Positions 61,684 through 64,000 of a stretch of 64,000 nt of DNA are shown here, piece by piece. Each line of letters opens with the position of its first letter. Position 1 is the stretch's first letter. Source of the stretch: an uncultured Acidobacteriota bacterium (GTDB lineage Bacteria; Acidobacteriota; Thermoanaerobaculia; Multivoradales; UBA5704); NCBI GenBank assembly GCA_963700145.1, contig OY969474.1, forward strand, positions 4,832,001 to 4,896,000, given 5' to 3'. Made by a program: the position numbers and the translations under genes. The notes beneath the pieces were generated by a model. The model ran no database searches. It had not been told where the DNA came from and saw nothing but the letters and a program-made list of their open reading frames with translations.

Positions 61684-63190
61684 CGATCGGGACCCGCCGC
61701 CAGGCGAGCTTCGCCGCCAGCCGCAGGTAGTCGACCTCCGCCGCCAGCCAGAGCCTGATCCCGCGCGCCGCCATGCGCACCGGGGCGAAGCCGAGGTTGT
61801 AGAAGGCGGCGACGCGGCGGCCGTCGTTGCGCCGGCCGGCCTCGCCGGCGGCGCGGCGGGCGAGGGCGATCTTCGCCAGGCGCCAGTTGTAGAGCCGCAT
61901 CAGGTGGTAGCTGAAGAGGGCGGGCTTGGGGCCGAGCACCGGCTGCCAGTGGAAGCGGCCGTGGAGCTTGTAGGCCGGGATCACCACGAACAGGTAGTAC
62001 AGCGCGGTGTCGATGAGGAAGGACGCCGACAGCAGGTCGTGCTCCCCCATGTAGAAGTACTTGTCCTTGTAGGCGGCGCGGAAGAAGCGCCAGTAGGAGC
62101 GCTGGAAGGCGGCGTTGTGCTCGGCGACGCGCGCCGCCACGTCCTCGCCGGCCGTCTGGGCGCCGACGATCCCGACCGTCGCGTCCACGGTGAAGGAGGC
62201 GTGGTCGAGGCCCGGCGAGTAGTAGGGGTCGAGGAAGGCGGCGGCGTCGCCGAGGAGCGCCCAGCCGGGGCCCATGTATTGGCGGCTGACGTAGGGGAGA
62301 TAGGAGTAGCCGCGCAGGTCCTCGCTGCGCAGCCGCGCTCCCTCGATCAGCTCGGCGAGGGCCGGGATGGCGCGTAGGAAGGCGACGAAGTCGGTCTCGC
62401 GGTCGCGCCCCTGGTCGAGGGCGTGGATGCGCCGGTCGTAGACCACGCCGATGCTGGTCTCGCCGTTGCCCAGCGGGATGACCCAGATCCAGTAGCCGAA
62501 CCCCATGTAGTGGTTGGTGGCCAGGCGGCGGGAGCCGACGTTGCCGCGCGACAGCGCCAGCGGCCCGCGCGCCGCCAGGTCGTCGACGTGGCGCACGCCC
62601 TGCCAGCGCCCCCAGACGGCGGCCGTCGGGTGCTCCTCGTTGCGCTCGACGAGCCCCAGCCGCTTGCCGAGGAAGGTGGCGCGGCCGGTGGCGTCGAGGA
62701 GCCAGCGGCAGACGACGGTCTCGACGCCCTCGGCGGACTCGATGGTCAGCCGGTGGTCGTGGTCGCCGAGCTCCACCTCGCGCGCCCGCGCCGGGCGGCG
62801 CAGCTCCGCCCCCTCGGCGACGGCGGAGGCGAGGAGGTGCTCGTCGAGGGTGTCGCGGCGGAGCTGGAAGGAGGGGACGGTGCTCCGCAGGTAGGGTCCG
62901 GTCTCGCTGGCGTTGGCGTGGCCGGAGACCCGGTCGTTCGAGAACCAGTAGCGGAGCCCCTCCTTGGGCAGGTGCTCGTTCTCCAGGTGCCGCCACTGGG
63001 CGAGGCGCCGGGTCAAGAACATGCCCGACATCTCGGTCGTCGCCTCGCCGACCTTGGCGTCGAAGGCCTCCTGCTTCTCGACGATCAGGACCGAGAGGTG
63101 TGGGTGGTCGCGGCGCAGCAGGAGCGCGGCCGAGGCGCCGCTGAAGGCCCCGCCGAGCACCACCACGTCGTAGCGCCGTACCGCGTCCAT
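61643..63190 (-). CDS. Flavin-dependent halogenase-like oxidoreductase
   Basis: DVVVLGGAFSG, KVGEAT, PKEGL, DATGR, WIWVIP and GDAAAFLDPYYSPG motifs. Confidence 0.82.
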   Translation of the reverse strand: MDAVRRYDVVVLGGAFSGASAALLLRRDHPHLSVLIVEKQEAFDAKVGEATTEMSGMFLTRRLAQWRHLENEHLPKEGLRYWFSNDRVSGHANASETGPYLRSTVPSFQLRRDTLDEHLLASAVAEGAELRRPARAREVELGDHDHRLTIESAEGVETVVCRWLLDATGRATFLGKRLGLVERNEEHPTAAVWGRWQGVRHVDDLAARGPLALSRGNVGSRRLATNHYMGFGYWIWVIPLGNGETSIGVVYDRRIHALDQGRDRETDFVAFLRAIPALAELIEGARLRSEDLRGYSYLPYVSRQYMGPGWALLGDAAAFLDPYYSPGLDHASFTVDATVGIVGAQTAGEDVAARVAEHNAAFQRSYWRFFRAAYKDKYFYMGEHDLLSASFLIDTALYYLFVVIPAYKLHGRFHWQPVLGPKPALFSYHLMRLYNWRLAKIALARRAAGEAGRRNDGRRVAAFYNLGFAPVRMAARGIRLWLAAEVDYLRLAAKLAWRRVPIVTPEPAVRPNPGP

Positions 63191-63249
63191 CGTCCCGGCC
63201 GATCCTACCGCGGGGGGCGGGGGCACGTCGCTTGCACTTTCCGGAAAGA

Positions 63250-63583
63250 CAGCGCCGCCGACCGCCTCTGGCACCACGTCGAGCGCCACGAGGGCCGGCC
63301 GCCCGCCGACTCCGGGCCCTGGGGCAGCTTCGCCAAGCTGGTGCAGGGGACCGCCAACCTGCTCGGCGACGCCGCGGCCCTCAAGTCCCTCAAGGAGGGC
63401 GAGGAGCACGGCCTCAAGGAGTACGAGGAGGCGCTCCGCAACACCGACCTGCCCGAGGACAGCAAGGAGCTGGTCCGCGAGCTCCTGGCCAAGCAGCGCC
63501 AGCACATCGCCACCCTCGACCGGCTGATCGAGGTCCAGCTCGCCGGCGCCCGCGCCGCGACCCCGCCCAGCACCCGGATGTAG
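63250..63583 (+). pseudogene. 5'-truncated DUF2383/PA2169-like four-helix-bundle gene
   Basis: SGPWGSFAKLVQGTA..LKEGEEHGLKEYEEAL motif, with no nearby in-frame start codon. Confidence 0.6.
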
Positions 63584-63755
63584 GGCTGTATGTTCAGGGC
63601 CGGCGCCCGCGAGGGCGCCGGCTCGGCTCTCCTCTCCCCACCCTGCCGCGACGTTCCTGCTGATATGATGTAACGGTCAATTCGGGCAGACAGCCTAAGC
63701 AGTAGGCCGCTCCGGCGGTGGCGCGGCCGGCGTCTCATCGCGGAGAGGACCAGCC

Positions 63756-64000
63756 ATGCGGTCTCGTTGTCTCCTCGGCACCTGCCTTCTCCTCCTCCTG
63801 GCCCGCGGCGCGGTGTCGGCCGCCACCCTGCCGCCCCCGTCATCCCCGGAAGCGCGGCAGCAGCGGCAGGAGCTGACCGACGTCCCCTACCGGCCGGCGG
63901 CGCCGACCCGCGAGCTGCGTCTCGGACTGGTCTGCTACGGCGGCGTCTCGCTCGCCATCTACATGCACGGCATCACCCGCGAGCTGCACAACCTGGTGCT
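63756..64000 (+). CDS. Patatin-like protein (DUF3376-associated type), 5' part
   Basis: Manual translation gives MRSRCLLGTCLLLLLARGAVSA...ELRLGLVCYGGVSLAIYMHGITREL. Confidence 0.8.
   Translation, partial: MRSRCLLGTCLLLLLARGAVSAATLPPPSSPEARQQRQELTDVPYRPAAPTRELRLGLVCYGGVSLAIYMHGITRELHNLV

Overview
This is a very GC-rich bacterial chromosomal window. Gene content and style suggest Acidobacteriota, possibly Thermoanaerobaculia (inference). Positions 1-40 kb are mostly core functions: a 5' ligC fragment, a phosphate/oxyanion block (arsC, phoU, modABC, phoRB, ppk1, CHAD, sixA), ycaQ, gcvTHP, larE-larB, queA, a peptide ABC transporter, smc, two-component genes, a BlaI/M56-TonB pair, an L,D-transpeptidase and tRNA-Thr(CGT). 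After the tRNA comes an accessory region: a Cys-rich vWA protein, decaying toxin-antitoxin modules, a 21-bp palindromic tandem array, and an MNIO (DUF692)-DUF2063 operon whose apparent substrate is a Cys-rich tail fused to a VioB-type ferritin-like protein. That operon is the best candidate for an undescribed system. Further on are pdxJ, S9 peptidases, a TIR-TM-WD40 gene and a stack of duplicated 3' gene ends. A 166-bp element with perfect 30-bp inverted arms is translated in frame inside a glycosyltransferase gene, and a partial copy lies inside smc. Several single-base frameshifts look like long-read assembly errors. All family calls come from motif recognition by eye; no searches were run.
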